From: Parcubacteria group bacterium
GTDB lineage: Bacteria; Patescibacteriota; Minisyncoccia; 2-02-FULL-40-12
Direction of reading: 5' to 3'
Length of the DNA: 64,000 bases
Assembly: GCA_016186395.1 (NCBI GenBank)
Contig: JACPLU010000003.1
Span: 11,883 to 75,882, forward strand
Shown here: positions 8,369-19,978 of the stretch, piece by piece
Layout of the letters: every line of letters starts with the position of its first letter
How positions within the stretch are numbered: position 1 is the first letter of the stretch
The notes under the pieces: generated by a model
Databases searched by the model: none
Seen by the model: the letters and a program-made list of their open reading frames with translations, nothing else
Told to the model about the DNA's origin: nothing
Position numbers and translations under genes: made by a program

Positions 8369-11300
8369 TTGAGTCGTTGCAACTTTTTGCAAAAGAAAAA
8401 TCTCTCAAAATTTTTACCGGAAGTTGCCGAAATACCAAATCTTATAGAGATTCAGTTAGAATCTTTTAATTGGTTGACAAAGGTTGGGCTTCGCGAGCTT
8501 TTTACCGAGGTTTCTCCTATTGAAGATTGGACAGGGGAAGAATATGAATTACATTTTGTTGATTATAGAATTGAAGAACCGAAGTTAGATCAACAAACTT
8601 CTAAAGAAAAAAATATGACTTTTGAGTCTCCGTTGAGGGTAAAGCTTAAATTAATAGACAAGAAAATAGGAGCATCAAAAGAACAGGAAATTTATCTGAG
8701 TGATTTTCCTTTAATGACTGAAAGGGGAACCTTTATTATTAACGGAATTGAACGTGTTGTAATTTCTCAATTAGTTAGGAGTCCAGGCGCATTCTTTGTT
8801 CTTACTAAGGAAAACCGTTTTAGAAAACTCTTTGGCGCAAAAATTATACCTTCACGTGGAGCTTGGTTGGAATTTGAAACCGATGACTCCGGTGTGATTA
8901 GCGTAAGAATTGACAGAAAGAGAAAGGTTGCCGCAACAGCATTGTTGCGGGCTTTTGGTTATGGCACCGACGCAAAGATTAAAGAATTATTTGGATCAGA
9001 TGAGAAAATAATGCAATATGTTGCGCCTACCTTAGTGCAGGATCCATCTTCTTCGGAAGAAGAAGGTTTGGTGGAGATTTACAAACGCATTAGACCGGGT
9101 GACAGAGCTACGGTCGATAACGCCAGACAGATGGTTCATAATATGTTCTTTAATTTCAGTCGATATGATTTATCAAACGTTGGAAGACATAGGATGAATC
9201 AAAGATTTAATGGAAGTTTTCCTCTTGATGAAAAAAATAGAGTTTTAAAGCCGGAAGATATAGTAGAGGTTATGAAAGAGATTATAAGATTGAACAATGA
9301 TCCTCAAGCCGAACAAGATAATATTGATCATTTATCAAACAGAAGAGTAAAAACTATTGGTGAACAACTTCAAGGTAAATTAAGGATCGCTCTTGCAAGA
9401 ATTGAACGTATTGTGAAAGACAGAATGAGTACATTTGAGGTTGAAACAATCGTGCCAGCCCAGCTGATTAATTCTCGTCCTTTTAATGCCGCACTGAAAG
9501 AATTTTATGCTTCTGGTCAGCTCTCACAATTTATGGATCAGACTAATCCCTTATCTGAACTTGAGCATAAACGCAGGCTGTCAGCCTTGGGTCCCGGGGG
9601 ATTGTCTAGAGAAAGAGCGGGATTTGATGTTCGTGATGTCCACCCGAGTCACTACGGACGTATTTGTCCGATTGAGACTCCGGAAGGGCCAAACATCGGG
9701 TTAGTCGGTCACTTAGCAAGCTTTGCAAAGATTTCTCCCCTCGGATTTATCACTACTCCTTATAGAAAAGTTGAAAAAGGAAAGGTTTTGGATGACATAA
9801 TTTATATGGATGCGGCTGAAGAAGAGAAATTTGTAATTGCACAGGCCGGTATTAATATTGATTCTAATGATAAAATTTTAGATAAAATGGTTGCCGCGAG
9901 GGTTAATGGGGAACCAAGTTTTGTTCATGTAAGCGAGGTGGAGTTTATTGACGTGTCTCCCAAGCAGCCATTTTCTGTTGCTACTTCTCTAATTCCATTT
10001 TTAGAGCATGATGACGCAAATCGCGCTTTGATGGGATCTAATATGCAACGTCAGGCGGTTCCACTTGTCCGAACTCAAGCGCCATTAGTTGGAACCGGAA
10101 TGGAAAACAGGGTAGCTAAAGATTCCGGCATGGTTGTTGTCGCAGAAGACAATGGAGTTGTTAATTCAGTTGACGGTTCAAAGGTGGTCATCAAAACTGA
10201 TGCCGGTAAAACTAAGACTTATAATTTGTTAAAGTTTGCAAAATCAAACGCTTATACATCTATTAACCAAAAGCCTTTAATTGAGCCTGGTGAAAGAGTT
10301 AAGAAGGGTCAAGTTATTGCAGATGGTCCATCTACGGATAATGGCGAGTTGGCTTTAGGCCAAAATCTTTTGGTGGCCTTTCTTTCTTTTGAGGGTGCCA
10401 ACTTTGAAGATGCCATAGTTATATCCGAACGTTTAGTAAAAGAAGATACATTTTCGTCTATTCATATAGAGGACTATACAATAGATGTAAGAGAGACAAA
10501 ATTAGGTCCGGAAGTAATAACTTGTGATATCCCAAATGTAAGCGAAGAGAGGTTAAAGGATTTGGACAGCCAAGGAATTGTTAGAGTTGGGGCGGAAGTG
10601 AGATCACAAGATATTTTAGTCGGAAAGATTTCTCCAAAAGGTGAAGGTGATTTAACCCCAGAAGAAAGATTACTTCGGGCTATTTTTGGTGAGAAATCAA
10701 GAGATGTGAAAGATACCTCTTTGCGTCTTCCTCATGGTAAACAAGGAAGGGTTGTGGGTGTTAAGATTTTTTCGCGCGATGAGGGGTATAAATTGCCAGC
10801 AGGTGTTATGCAGACAATACAAGTTTCAATAGCTCAACGTAGAAAAGTTCAAGTTGGTGATAAACTTGCTGGAAGACACGGTAATAAAGGGGTAATATCG
10901 ACCATTTTGCCAGAAGAGGATATGCCGTTTTTACCAGATGGGCGTCCTGTTGATATTGTTTTAAGTCCTTTGGGTATTATCTCTCGTATGAATATAGGTC
11001 AGATTCTTGAAACTCATTTGGGATGGGCAGCAGACAAATTAAATTATCGAGCGGTAGTTCCTTCAATGGGCGGACCGACAGAGGCCGCTATCAAAGAGGA
11101 ACTTAAGAAAGCGGGTTTACCAGAAAATGGAAAGATTCAGCTTTATAATGGGAAAACAGGTACGCCGTTTGATCAGGAGACTACTGTTGGCATAATTTAT
11201 TTTATGAAATTGGGACATTTAGTTGAAGATAAGATTCATATGCGAGCCATAGGGCCATACTCATTGATTACACAGCAGCCATTAGGAGGAAAGGCCCAAT

Positions 11301-11533
11301 TTGGCGGCCAAAGATTTGGAGAGATGGAAGTATGGGCTCTTGAAGGATATGGAGCGGCTTATACATTGCAAGAGATGTTAACCATAAAGTCAGATGATGT
11401 AGTCGGAAGAGCCAAAACATATGAAGCAATCGTGAACAACGAAGAAATAAAGGCTCCGCATATACCCGAATCTTTTAAGGTGTTATTGTCAGAAATTAAA
11501 GGTTTGGGATTAGATGTGGAATTACAAGAATAA
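8369..11533 (+). CDS. rpoB: RNA polymerase beta subunit (start may be TTG at 8387)
   Basis: [59 protein letters not shown]. Confidence 0.99.
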   Translation: MSRCNFLQKKNLSKFLPEVAEIPNLIEIQLESFNWLTKVGLRELFTEVSPIEDWTGEEYELHFVDYRIEEPKLDQQTSKEKNMTFESPLRVKLKLIDKKIGASKEQEIYLSDFPLMTERGTFIINGIERVVISQLVRSPGAFFVLTKENRFRKLFGAKIIPSRGAWLEFETDDSGVISVRIDRKRKVAATALLRAFGYGTDAKIKELFGSDEKIMQYVAPTLVQDPSSSEEEGLVEIYKRIRPGDRATVDNARQMVHNMFFNFSRYDLSNVGRHRMNQRFNGSFPLDEKNRVLKPEDIVEVMKEIIRLNNDPQAEQDNIDHLSNRRVKTIGEQLQGKLRIALARIERIVKDRMSTFEVETIVPAQLINSRPFNAALKEFYASGQLSQFMDQTNPLSELEHKRRLSALGPGGLSRERAGFDVRDVHPSHYGRICPIETPEGPNIGLVGHLASFAKISPLGFITTPYRKVEKGKVLDDIIYMDAAEEEKFVIAQAGINIDSNDKILDKMVAARVNGEPSFVHVSEVEFIDVSPKQPFSVATSLIPFLEHDDANRALMGSNMQRQAVPLVRTQAPLVGTGMENRVAKDSGMVVVAEDNGVVNSVDGSKVVIKTDAGKTKTYNLLKFAKSNAYTSINQKPLIEPGERVKKGQVIADGPSTDNGELALGQNLLVAFLSFEGANFEDAIVISERLVKEDTFSSIHIEDYTIDVRETKLGPEVITCDIPNVSEERLKDLDSQGIVRVGAEVRSQDILVGKISPKGEGDLTPEERLLRAIFGEKSRDVKDTSLRLPHGKQGRVVGVKIFSRDEGYKLPAGVMQTIQVSIAQRRKVQVGDKLAGRHGNKGVISTILPEEDMPFLPDGRPVDIVLSPLGIISRMNIGQILETHLGWAADKLNYRAVVPSMGGPTEAAIKEELKKAGLPENGKIQLYNGKTGTPFDQETTVGIIYFMKLGHLVEDKIHMRAIGPYSLITQQPLGGKAQFGGQRFGEMEVWALEGYGAAYTLQEMLTIKSDDVVGRAKTYEAIVNNEEIKAPHIPESFKVLLSEIKGLGLDVELQE

Positions 11534-11605
11534 GTCGCTAGCCACTAGAAACTAGCCACTAGGAGTTTTTAATCTAGTCGTTAGTCATTAGTCGTTAGTC
11601 ATTAG

Positions 11606-14600
11606 TTGGACTTTAGCTCAATTCGTGTAAAACTTGCTTCGCCAGAAGATATCTTAAACTGGTCACATGGAGAGGTAACAAAGCCGGAAACCATAAACTA
11701 TAGGACTCAAAGACCAGAGCCCGAGGGTTTGTTTTCGGAAAAGATTTTCGGTCCACAAAAAGACTGGGAATGTTATTGCGGTAAATATAGGAGAATAAGG
11801 TATAAGGGAATTATTTGTGATCGTTGCGGGGTAGAGGTTACTCGTTCTATAGTTCGACGTGAAAGAATGGGACATATTAGTTTGGCGGCTCCAGTCGCTC
11901 ATATTTGGTTTTTGCGCGGAGTACCAAGCAGAATGGCGATGTTGCTTGATTCATCTTTACCGGAATTGGAAAAAGTAATTTATTTTGCGGCCTATATAGT
12001 TACCAGAGTTAATGAAGAAGCTAAAACAGAAGCAATGAAAAAACTTGAGAGTGAGTTTCGTTCGGCAATGGCTATCTTAAAGAAGAAAGGGAATGACGAA
12101 AAGGAATTAGAAAAATTGAGAGCAATTAAAGAGCGTGAACGGCTTCTGCTTAGAAATATTCAAAAATATCAGATTCTTTCAGAAGTTGACTATCGAGAGC
12201 TTTCGTTGAAATATGCGGAAGTTTTTGAGGCCGGGATTGGTGCTGAAGCGGTGAAAAAATTGCTTTCAGAAATTGACTTGAATAGTTTGGCAATAGATGT
12301 CGAAAATAAACTTACTTCGGTTGATAACCCATTCTTGCAAAAGAAGATAGTAAGGAGATTAAAGTTGCTTAAAGGATTGGCGAAAGCCGGTATTAGGCCA
12401 GAATGGATGTTTCTTGATGTCATTCCGGTTATTCCACCTGATCTTAGACCAATGGTTCAGTTAGATGGTGGTCGTTTTGCCACATCGGACCTGAACGATC
12501 TTTATCGAAGAGTAATAAATCGGAATAACCGGTTAAAACACCTTATTGAATTAAGAGCGCCAGAAGTCATAACCAGAAACGAGAAAAGAATGTTGCAAGA
12601 AGCAGTAGACTCTTTAATAGATAATGCAATGAGAAGGGGACAGACAATTACCACTTCACAAGCTGGCCAGCGAAGAGCATTAAGGTCTTTGGCCGATATG
12701 TTAAAGGGAAAACAAGGAAGATTTAGACAGAACCTTTTAGGTAAAAGGGTTGATTATTCTGGACGTAGTGTAATCGTTATCGGACCAGAGTTGAATTTTG
12801 ACCAATGTGGTTTGCCAAAACACATGGCATTGGAACTTTTTAAACCTTTTGTAATTCAGAAATTAAAGGAAAGGGGAATAATTCATAACATTCCTGGAGC
12901 AAGACGACTTATTGAACAGGAAAGCCCCGAAGTTTGGGAAGCGTTAGAGGAGGCTATAAAAGATAAATTAGTTCTTCTTAATCGAGCTCCAACTTTACAT
13001 AGATTGGGAATTCAGGCTTTTCGTCCTATTCTTCACGAAGGTAAGGCGATCAGAATTCCGGCCATGCCAACTCATGCTTTTAACGCTGACTTTGACGGTG
13101 ACCAAATGGCTGTTCATTTGCCCTTAACCAAAGAGGCACAGGAGGAAGCCAAAAATTTGATGCTTTCTTCTAAGGGAATTCTAAAACCGGCCACTGGTCG
13201 TCCCATTGCTACGCCGACTAAAGATATTGCTTTTGGGATTTATTATTTAACTCTTGGAATTGACGGATTAATTGGTGAGGGGAAGGTTTTCGGTTCTCCG
13301 GGGGAAGCATTGATGGCATATGATAACAAATGTATTGAACTCCATTCTAAAATAAAAGTACGTTTTAATTCAAATTTAGAGACGGCAACTGACGAGAATA
13401 TAAAAAGTGAATTGGTTTTAACTACTGTTGGGAGGATTTTATTTAGTAAGATTTTACCAAGCGGAATGGCATATGTAAATCAAGCTTTAAACAAGTCTGA
13501 TCTTGAAAAAATAGAAGCAACAATTTTAGAGAAGTATGGAGAAACAATGGCAGCGGATTTTTTGAACAACGTTAAAGATCTTGGTTTCTTTTTCGCAACC
13601 GTTTCCGGTATATCGTGGTCTATGGATGATCTTCGTATTCCGGAGGAAAAACATCAAATTGTTGCTAAAGCTGATGAGTTGATTGAAAAAAATCACGAAC
13701 TTTATGAGCAAGGTCTTTTAACGGATCTTGAGCGAAAAATTAAAGCTATCGAAATATGGAATGACGTTAAGTCTGAAATTGGGAAATCAGTTAAAAAGGC
13801 TTTAAGATCTGATGATCCGGTTAAGATTATAGTAGATTCAAAGGCTCGAGGAAGTTGGGATACGGTTAACCAGCTTATGGGTATTAGAGGTTTATTTGCT
13901 AATCCAGCCGGAGAAATTATTGAACTGCCCGTGAAAAATTCTTTCAAAGAGGGCTTAAACGTTTTGGAATATTTTATTTCTACTCATGGTGCCCGAAAAG
14001 GATTAGCCGATACAGCCTTGCGTACGGCTACAGCAGGCTATCTTACTCGTAGATTAGTTGACGTAGCTCAAGATATCGTTGTTAGGGAGGAAGATTGTAA
14101 AGACAGCGAGGGCTATGATATTTATCGTGAAGATGGTAACTATACTGGAGAAACTTTGGGTGGCAGGGTTAGAGGAAGATTTGCCGCAGAAACAATAAAA
14201 TCAGATACAGGCGAAATTATAGCTAAGAAAGGAGAGTTAATAGATAAGGCTAAGGGTGACAAGATGGATTTAGCAAAGCTTAACCAAGTTCGGGTTCGTT
14301 CGGTTATAACTTGTAAGTCAAGAATTGGTTTGTGTCAGACTTGCTATGGTTATGATTTGGGTAGAAATAAAATTGTAGAACTCGGAGAATCGGTAGGAAT
14401 AGTAACGGCTCAAGCTATTGGAGAACCAGGCACCCAGCTTACTATGAGAACATTCCATACCGGTGGAGTTGCCGCATCTGGAGATATTACGTTGGGTTTG
14501 CCCCGTGTTGAGGAAATTTTTGAAGCCCGTATTCCCAGGTCACCAGGTGTAATTTCTGACGTTGACGGCAGGGTGGTCTCTATAGAAGAAAAGGGAAAGC

Positions 14601-15247
14601 AGAAGATTGTAAAAATTGAAATTACCAAAACTTCTAAAGAAGGTGGAGAAGTTGTTGCAAAACCTAGCGGTGAAATTAGAGAAATGATATTTCATCATCA
14701 CATTGCTTTAACTATGAAAGAGGGCGATGTTGTAATAAAAGGACAACCTCTTTCGGAAGGCCATCTTGATTTAAAAGAATTATTTATGATTACGGGCCGT
14801 AATAAAGCAGCCGTTGCTAGATACATAACCAGGGAAATTGAAAGCATTTACTTTACTTCTGGTGAGGGAATTCACGACAAACACGTTGAATTAATTATTC
14901 GTCAGATGTTTTCTCGCGTTAGAATTATAGATTCTGGAGATACGGACTTATTGGCTGGGGAAATAATGGAGGTCGGTCTAGTTTTAAATGAAAATGACAG
15001 AGTAATTGAAAAAGGGAAGAAGCCTGCTCAATTTGAACAATTATTGCTTGGTATTACCAAAGTATCTTTAACCACAGAAAGCTTTTTGTCAGCAGCTTCG
15101 TTCCAAGAGACGGCCAGAGTTTTAATTGATGCGTCAATTATGGGTAAAGAAGATCGGTTAAGGGGACTAAAGGAAAATGTAATTATCGGTCGTTTGATTC
15201 CTGCGGGGACGGGGTATCGGGTAAGAGAAGAAGGTGGTTTAGTGTAG
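11606..15247 (+). CDS. rpoC: RNA polymerase beta' subunit
   Basis: NADFDGDQMAVH catalytic motif, N-terminal Zn-binding cysteines, GEPGTQLTMRTFH. Confidence 0.99.
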   Translation: MDFSSIRVKLASPEDILNWSHGEVTKPETINYRTQRPEPEGLFSEKIFGPQKDWECYCGKYRRIRYKGIICDRCGVEVTRSIVRRERMGHISLAAPVAHIWFLRGVPSRMAMLLDSSLPELEKVIYFAAYIVTRVNEEAKTEAMKKLESEFRSAMAILKKKGNDEKELEKLRAIKERERLLLRNIQKYQILSEVDYRELSLKYAEVFEAGIGAEAVKKLLSEIDLNSLAIDVENKLTSVDNPFLQKKIVRRLKLLKGLAKAGIRPEWMFLDVIPVIPPDLRPMVQLDGGRFATSDLNDLYRRVINRNNRLKHLIELRAPEVITRNEKRMLQEAVDSLIDNAMRRGQTITTSQAGQRRALRSLADMLKGKQGRFRQNLLGKRVDYSGRSVIVIGPELNFDQCGLPKHMALELFKPFVIQKLKERGIIHNIPGARRLIEQESPEVWEALEEAIKDKLVLLNRAPTLHRLGIQAFRPILHEGKAIRIPAMPTHAFNADFDGDQMAVHLPLTKEAQEEAKNLMLSSKGILKPATGRPIATPTKDIAFGIYYLTLGIDGLIGEGKVFGSPGEALMAYDNKCIELHSKIKVRFNSNLETATDENIKSELVLTTVGRILFSKILPSGMAYVNQALNKSDLEKIEATILEKYGETMAADFLNNVKDLGFFFATVSGISWSMDDLRIPEEKHQIVAKADELIEKNHELYEQGLLTDLERKIKAIEIWNDVKSEIGKSVKKALRSDDPVKIIVDSKARGSWDTVNQLMGIRGLFANPAGEIIELPVKNSFKEGLNVLEYFISTHGARKGLADTALRTATAGYLTRRLVDVAQDIVVREEDCKDSEGYDIYREDGNYTGETLGGRVRGRFAAETIKSDTGEIIAKKGELIDKAKGDKMDLAKLNQVRVRSVITCKSRIGLCQTCYGYDLGRNKIVELGESVGIVTAQAIGEPGTQLTMRTFHTGGVAASGDITLGLPRVEEIFEARIPRSPGVISDVDGRVVSIEEKGKQKIVKIEITKTSKEGGEVVAKPSGEIREMIFHHHIALTMKEGDVVIKGQPLSEGHLDLKELFMITGRNKAAVARYITREIESIYFTSGEGIHDKHVELIIRQMFSRVRIIDSGDTDLLAGEIMEVGLVLNENDRVIEKGKKPAQFEQLLLGITKVSLTTESFLSAASFQETARVLIDASIMGKEDRLRGLKENVIIGRLIPAGTGYRVREEGGLV

Positions 15248-15482
15248 AAAACTCAATTATGAATTTCTTTTCGTATTCAACATCAACAAATAGTATTCGG
15301 TAAATCTTAATTTTCTGACAAAATTTTAGTATCCGTTTGCCATTACCAAAAACCAGGCATAAATGCCTGGTTTTTGGTAACATGTTTTCCGACTAAAATT
15401 TTGTTCTCATAAAATTAATGATTTGTCTCATCTATTTGTATTGATGTTTCATAAAGCAGAAATTTATAATTGAGTTTTCTAC
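15243..15482. repeat. Long imperfect hairpin (rod) element, copy A
   Basis: GTAGAAAACTCAATTATGAATTTCT / AGAAATTTATAATTGAGTTTTCTAC ends; central TTACCAAAAACCAGGCAT/ATGCCTGGTTTTTGGTAA; homologous to 44958-45180. Confidence 0.8.
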
Positions 15483-15608
15483 CGAGAAATAAAAATAAAG
15501 TATGGTTATTTATATGTGACTCAAGTAAATTCAAAAATAATAACAAAACTTCTACGCTAAGCAAGCTTCTTGGGCACGCAAAATTCACCAGCGATGAAAA
15601 GGGGTTAG

Positions 15609-15808
15609 TATAGATGTAATTTATTCTGTTTCTTCAATTATTTTCGCCAATAAATAATTCTCATTATTTTTAAATTGGCGACACGCACCTCCTCGCTCCT
15701 GTTGTAGACGAGGAGGTGTCATTGTGTTAACGCCAATTTATCAAACAATTTCGGTTATTTATTTTTGGCTCAAATAGATTCAGAAACACAATAAATTATA
15801 TCTGCTAC
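15609..15808. repeat. Long imperfect hairpin element, diverged copy B
   Basis: Nested pairings AGATGTAATTTATT/AATAAATTATATCT, TAAATTGGCG/CGCCAATTTA, CACCTCCTCG/CGAGGAGGTG. Confidence 0.65.
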
Positions 15809-15884
15809 GAGCATAAAACTAACTATTAAATTCAGAAATAATAATAAAACTTCTACATGGATAAATTGATAAATTATTGGAAAT

Positions 15885-15926
15885 AAAAAAAGAGGCCGCG
15901 GTTCCTTGTGCAGTGGAACCGCGGCC
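15885..15926 (-). terminator. Intrinsic terminator
   Basis: 12-bp GGCCGCGGTTCC/GGAACCGCGGCC stem then TC and T7 on the minus strand. Confidence 0.8.
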
Positions 15927-15946
15927 GGGGAAAGGTGGGGGGATGG

Positions 15947-16021
15947 TTAGGAGCACTTCGCCAAGAAAAGAAATAAGGCGAAGGCCAGAAGAAACAAAAA
16001 TGGTGTAAAAACGTGCTTCAT
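15947..16021 (-). CDS. 24-aa hydrophobic peptide MKHVFTPFLFLLAFALFLFLAKCS
   Basis: AAAGGAGG SD, TTGACT-18-TATAAT promoter at 16085-16114, terminator directly downstream. Confidence 0.6.
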   Translation of the reverse strand: MKHVFTPFLFLLAFALFLFLAKCS

Positions 16022-16196
16022 TTTCTTTCCTCCTTTGGGTCTTTCTTGAAAGTAGGGCTGAATTGTCATACTTTCATTATCTTTATTATACTACTTTTTA
16101 TAGTAAAAAGTCAAGGCAAAAACTTAGTCAGTAAACCACAAGCCTTTTGTCTTTAAATACCATTGAAATCTAAATCTGGAATAGTATAATAGTTAG

Positions 16197-18404
16197 GTGG
16201 CTAAATCTAAAAAGGTTGTTAAATTGGTGCCGGAAAAAACGCAGTGGTTTGATCTGTCTCAAGAAACTAAAAATGGAATTTGGGTGGTATTAAGTTTTAC
16301 GGCCGCAGTTTTATCTGTTTTGGCCTTTTTGCATAAGGCCGGTACAGCAGGAGACATATTTTCAAGTTTTTCCAAAACTTTATTTGGCTGGGGTTTTTTT
16401 GTTATTCCGATTGCTTTTGCACTTTTGGGCTCGGCTTTTTTAAGGTCGTTTTCAAAAAAAGCATCTGTTGGGGCACTTTTTGGAACTGCTCTGATGGTTT
16501 TGGGTTTTTTAGGTGTTTTATTTGTTATTCGTGACGTTGATACTCAAGTTCGGTTAGTTCAGGGAGGGTATCTTGGAACAATTTTTGGGTTTCCACTCCT
16601 TAAACTCACAGGCTTTACCGCTTCATTGGTTGTTTTGTTAGCCGTAATTTTTGTATCATTTTTAGTTGCTTTAGATATTCCGTTTCATTCGTTAATTTTT
16701 AGAAAAAAGGAAGAAGGGGGAACAGATGAAGAGTCAAAGCTTAGCGGGGAATTAAATGAAAAATTAATTATTAAGCAGGGTTCTCAAGTGGTTGGTTCAA
16801 AGCCGATGTTTGAGGCCAAATCAATTCAACAAGATAAGAAGGTCGTTTCTGCATCGGTCCGGACGAAAGACGACGAAGAAAATGAATTTTCTATTCGAAC
16901 GGCGCTTAATAGAGAGTGGAAATTGCCTCCGCTAGAATTTTTGCACGCTGACAGCGACTCTCCAAAGGCGGGTGATATTGCCGCAAATGCCAGTATTATT
17001 AAAAGAACTTTGGCTAATTTCAGTATTGACGTTGAGATGGGTGAAGTTAACGTAGGACCAACCGTTACTCAATATACTTTGCGTCCGGCGGTAGGTGTAA
17101 AAATTGCAAAGATTACAACTTTGCAAAACGACCTTTCGTTAGCCTTAGCCGCTCATCCTTTACGTATTGAAGCTCCAATTCCTGGAAAGTCTCTAGTCGG
17201 TGTCGAGGTACCCAATAAAAAGTCAGCCCTGGTTGGTCTAAGAAATATTATTGAGTCCGAAGAATTTCAAAAAAGTCCCCACTTTTTGGCTTTGGGAGTT
17301 GGCCGTGATGTGGCTGGCTATCCTTTAGTTGCCGGATTAGAACGAATGCCCCATCTTTTAATAGCCGGAGCTACTGGGACAGGAAAATCAGTTTCTATTA
17401 ATACAGTACTTTTATCGCTTTTATACCGGCACTCTCCTGATATTTTAAAACTGATTATGATTGACCCGAAAAGAGTTGAACTTAGTTTGTATAACGGCAT
17501 ACCTCATTTAATAACTCCGGTAATTGTTGATTCTAAAAAGGCAATCAACGCTTTAAGGTGGGCAGTAAAAGAAATGGAGCGGCGTTATGAGCTTTTATCA
17601 GGTATCGGTTCACGCGATATATTTTCATATAATACAAAACAAGCCGCGGCTAAGAAGTCTTTGATCCCTTTTGTGGTCATCGTTATAGATGAATTGGCTG
17701 ATATTATGGCGGCTTATGGTCGTGATGTTGAAGGGGCAATTGTTCGTCTTGCTCAAATGGCGCGAGCAGTCGGGATTCATTTAATTGTTTCAACCCAACG
17801 GCCGTCGGTAGAGGTCATCACAGGTCTTATTAAAGCAAATATTACTTCGCGTATTGCTTTTCAGGTTGCTTCACAAGTTGACTCTCGAACAATTTTAGAT
17901 AATGCCGGCGCTGAAAAATTATTAGGCAACGGGGATATGCTTTATCAAGCAGGGGATGTAAGTAAACCAAAGCGTGTTCAGGGGGGTTATGTTTCAGAGA
18001 AAGAAGTAAAAGATGTGGTTAGATTTTTGAAAGACCAGGATTATGAAGCGACTCTGACAGCTGCGCCGGTTGGTGAAGATATAACTCAACCTCACTCTAA
18101 TATTAGTGACTTTACTGACTCTCACGACGACGATTATCAAGGCGGGGACGATCCATTATTTGAAGATGCCAAAGAAGTTGTTCTGCAAGCCAAGAAAGCA
18201 TCTTCTTCTTTGCTTCAGCGTAGACTACGCGTAGGTTATGCCCGCGCCGCACGTCTGATTGATATGCTTGAAGAAGCGGGTATAGTTGGCCCGGGCGAGG
18301 GCGCAAAACCAAGAGAAATTTTGGTTGGTACTCCAATTAGTATGGTCTCAACCGGCGAACCAATAGCCGTAGAGGAAGAAGAATCTCAAGATAATTTGAT
18401 ATAG
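16197..18404 (+). CDS. ftsK: DNA translocase FtsK/SpoIIIE
   Basis: N-terminal TM helices, PHLLIAGATGTGKS, DELAD, TQRPS, C-terminal LQRRLRVGYARAAR gamma domain. Confidence 0.98.
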   Translation: MAKSKKVVKLVPEKTQWFDLSQETKNGIWVVLSFTAAVLSVLAFLHKAGTAGDIFSSFSKTLFGWGFFVIPIAFALLGSAFLRSFSKKASVGALFGTALMVLGFLGVLFVIRDVDTQVRLVQGGYLGTIFGFPLLKLTGFTASLVVLLAVIFVSFLVALDIPFHSLIFRKKEEGGTDEESKLSGELNEKLIIKQGSQVVGSKPMFEAKSIQQDKKVVSASVRTKDDEENEFSIRTALNREWKLPPLEFLHADSDSPKAGDIAANASIIKRTLANFSIDVEMGEVNVGPTVTQYTLRPAVGVKIAKITTLQNDLSLALAAHPLRIEAPIPGKSLVGVEVPNKKSALVGLRNIIESEEFQKSPHFLALGVGRDVAGYPLVAGLERMPHLLIAGATGTGKSVSINTVLLSLLYRHSPDILKLIMIDPKRVELSLYNGIPHLITPVIVDSKKAINALRWAVKEMERRYELLSGIGSRDIFSYNTKQAAAKKSLIPFVVIVIDELADIMAAYGRDVEGAIVRLAQMARAVGIHLIVSTQRPSVEVITGLIKANITSRIAFQVASQVDSRTILDNAGAEKLLGNGDMLYQAGDVSKPKRVQGGYVSEKEVKDVVRFLKDQDYEATLTAAPVGEDITQPHSNISDFTDSHDDDYQGGDDPLFEDAKEVVLQAKKASSSLLQRRLRVGYARAARLIDMLEEAGIVGPGEGAKPREILVGTPISMVSTGEPIAVEEEESQDNLI

Positions 18405-18477
18405 TTCAATTTAAATATGACTTTGCATAGTTTTATTTTTTATAGAATATTGTAATATGATTATAATGAAGACCAGA

Positions 18478-18501
18478 ATCCATCCATCCATCCATCCATC
18501 C
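18478..18501 (+). repeat. (ATCC)6 simple sequence repeat
   Basis: Six perfect tetranucleotide units. Confidence 0.9.
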
Positions 18502-18568
18502 TAAGTTTTAGAAGAACTTTTATTTAGTTTATTTAGACCGCAATTAGCGGTTTTTTGTTTCGTTTGTT

Positions 18569-19618
18569 TTATTCGTTAAGCCAGAACCAAAATTGATTTT
18601 TAAGTTTCTGAGACAATTTATATGAATCAGCGTGGCTCAAAACACCGAGATATGATTGCAAGGATTGTTCGAGGGTTTCATTTGTTATAACTCCCGATTT
18701 ATACTCCGCAATTTTTTTATTTAATTTTTTAAATATCCGTTGTCTTGTTTTAGCTCTAAGAATTCGATAATGAGGGAAAACTATATACCCGAGAAAATCT
18801 ATTCCCCGTTGAAATTTATTGATAGAAATCTTTTTTGGATGAATTTCCAGTTGTAGTCTTTGCCTTAGGAAAGAACTTATTTTTGGGATTAATCCTGATA
18901 GGTAATCACGACTGTCAGAAACTATGGTAAAGTCATCGGTATAACGGCAATAATATTTCACTTTTAAATCATGTTTAATAAACTGATCAGATTCGTTCAT
19001 ATAGATGTTTGCGAAAAGCTGTGAGGTTAAATTGCCTATTGGTAGACCCTTTCTGGCGAATAAATTTGAGCAAGAAGACAGAAAACTTCTGATAACCTTT
19101 TCAAGTAGCCAGATGGTATCTGTGTCTCGAATCCGTTTCTTCAGTATAGAAATCAAAATTTTATGATCTACCGCATCAAAAAACTTTTTAACATCACATT
19201 TAAGAATGAAGCAAGGTTTCGTTCCATTGCCGGATACTTTTCTGGTCATCTGTTCAAGGACGCGGATTCCTTTGTGGCTTCCGAATCCAACCCGACAAGA
19301 AAAAGAATTTTGAATGAATGTTTGTTCAAAAATCGGATTGGCTACCGAAAAGATGGCATGATGCAAAATTCTATCCCGAACCGTGGCTTTGTGGATATGC
19401 CTTTGTTTTGGGTCTCGGATGTAGAAACCAGTATATTGTCCGTGTTCATAAGTCTTATTCTGAAGTTCTCGACGAAGTTTAAAAATATTTTCTTCAAGAC
19501 AAAATTCAAATCTTTGAACATCAACTTTATTCCTCTTGTCGCTTTTGAAAGTATCCCACGCTGAAAATAGGTTTTCCAGCGAGATTATTTTATTAAACAA
19601 GTTTTTATAGGTTTTCAT
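18569..19618 (-). CDS. DGR reverse transcriptase
   Basis: DPKQR.I, RDRILHHA, ILKCDVKKFF, GLPIGNLTSQLFAN, YCRYTDDF, GIDFLGY; 349 aa from MKTYKNLF, no maturase or nuclease domain. Confidence 0.96.
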   Translation of the reverse strand: MKTYKNLFNKIISLENLFSAWDTFKSDKRNKVDVQRFEFCLEENIFKLRRELQNKTYEHGQYTGFYIRDPKQRHIHKATVRDRILHHAIFSVANPIFEQTFIQNSFSCRVGFGSHKGIRVLEQMTRKVSGNGTKPCFILKCDVKKFFDAVDHKILISILKKRIRDTDTIWLLEKVIRSFLSSCSNLFARKGLPIGNLTSQLFANIYMNESDQFIKHDLKVKYYCRYTDDFTIVSDSRDYLSGLIPKISSFLRQRLQLEIHPKKISINKFQRGIDFLGYIVFPHYRILRAKTRQRIFKKLNKKIAEYKSGVITNETLEQSLQSYLGVLSHADSYKLSQKLKNQFWFWLNE

Positions 19619-19629
19619 AATAAAATTAA

Positions 19630-19977
19630 ATGAACGAATTCGATACCCCAATATTTATAAAATCCTACGATTTATACAAGCTATTTTATAGTTTCCGTAC
19701 CCTGGTTCCCAAAAATGACCGCTACACAATCTGGCAAAGGTGCGAAAATTTAATGCTGGATATAATCGATGGAATTCTATATGCCAGCCAAATTTCAAAA
19801 ATTGAGAAACTCCCGATTCTTGAAAAAACAAGCATGAAGTTAAGTCTCCTGCGTGTTTTTGTTCGGCTTATGAAAGATACCAAAGCGATAGATAATAAGA
19901 AATACGTATCACTCGAAACCATTATCGACGAAATTGGCCGTCAGCTTGGAGGCTGGATAAAATCAACTAAAGGATAA
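19630..19977 (+). CDS. avd: DGR accessory variability determinant (bAvd four-helix bundle)
   Basis: 115 aa; PIF.KSYDLY, VPKNDRYTI, LRVFVRL, Y......DEIGRQLGGWIK; position next to the RT. Confidence 0.92.
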   Translation: MNEFDTPIFIKSYDLYKLFYSFRTLVPKNDRYTIWQRCENLMLDIIDGILYASQISKIEKLPILEKTSMKLSLLRVFVRLMKDTKAIDNKKYVSLETIIDEIGRQLGGWIKSTKG

Positions 19978-19978
19978 C

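Noticed and set aside
18569-19651. RT as a group II intron, retron or defence RT
   Set aside because: The SQ motif, lack of maturase/nuclease domains, adjacent avd and adenine-specific TR/VR all fit a DGR.
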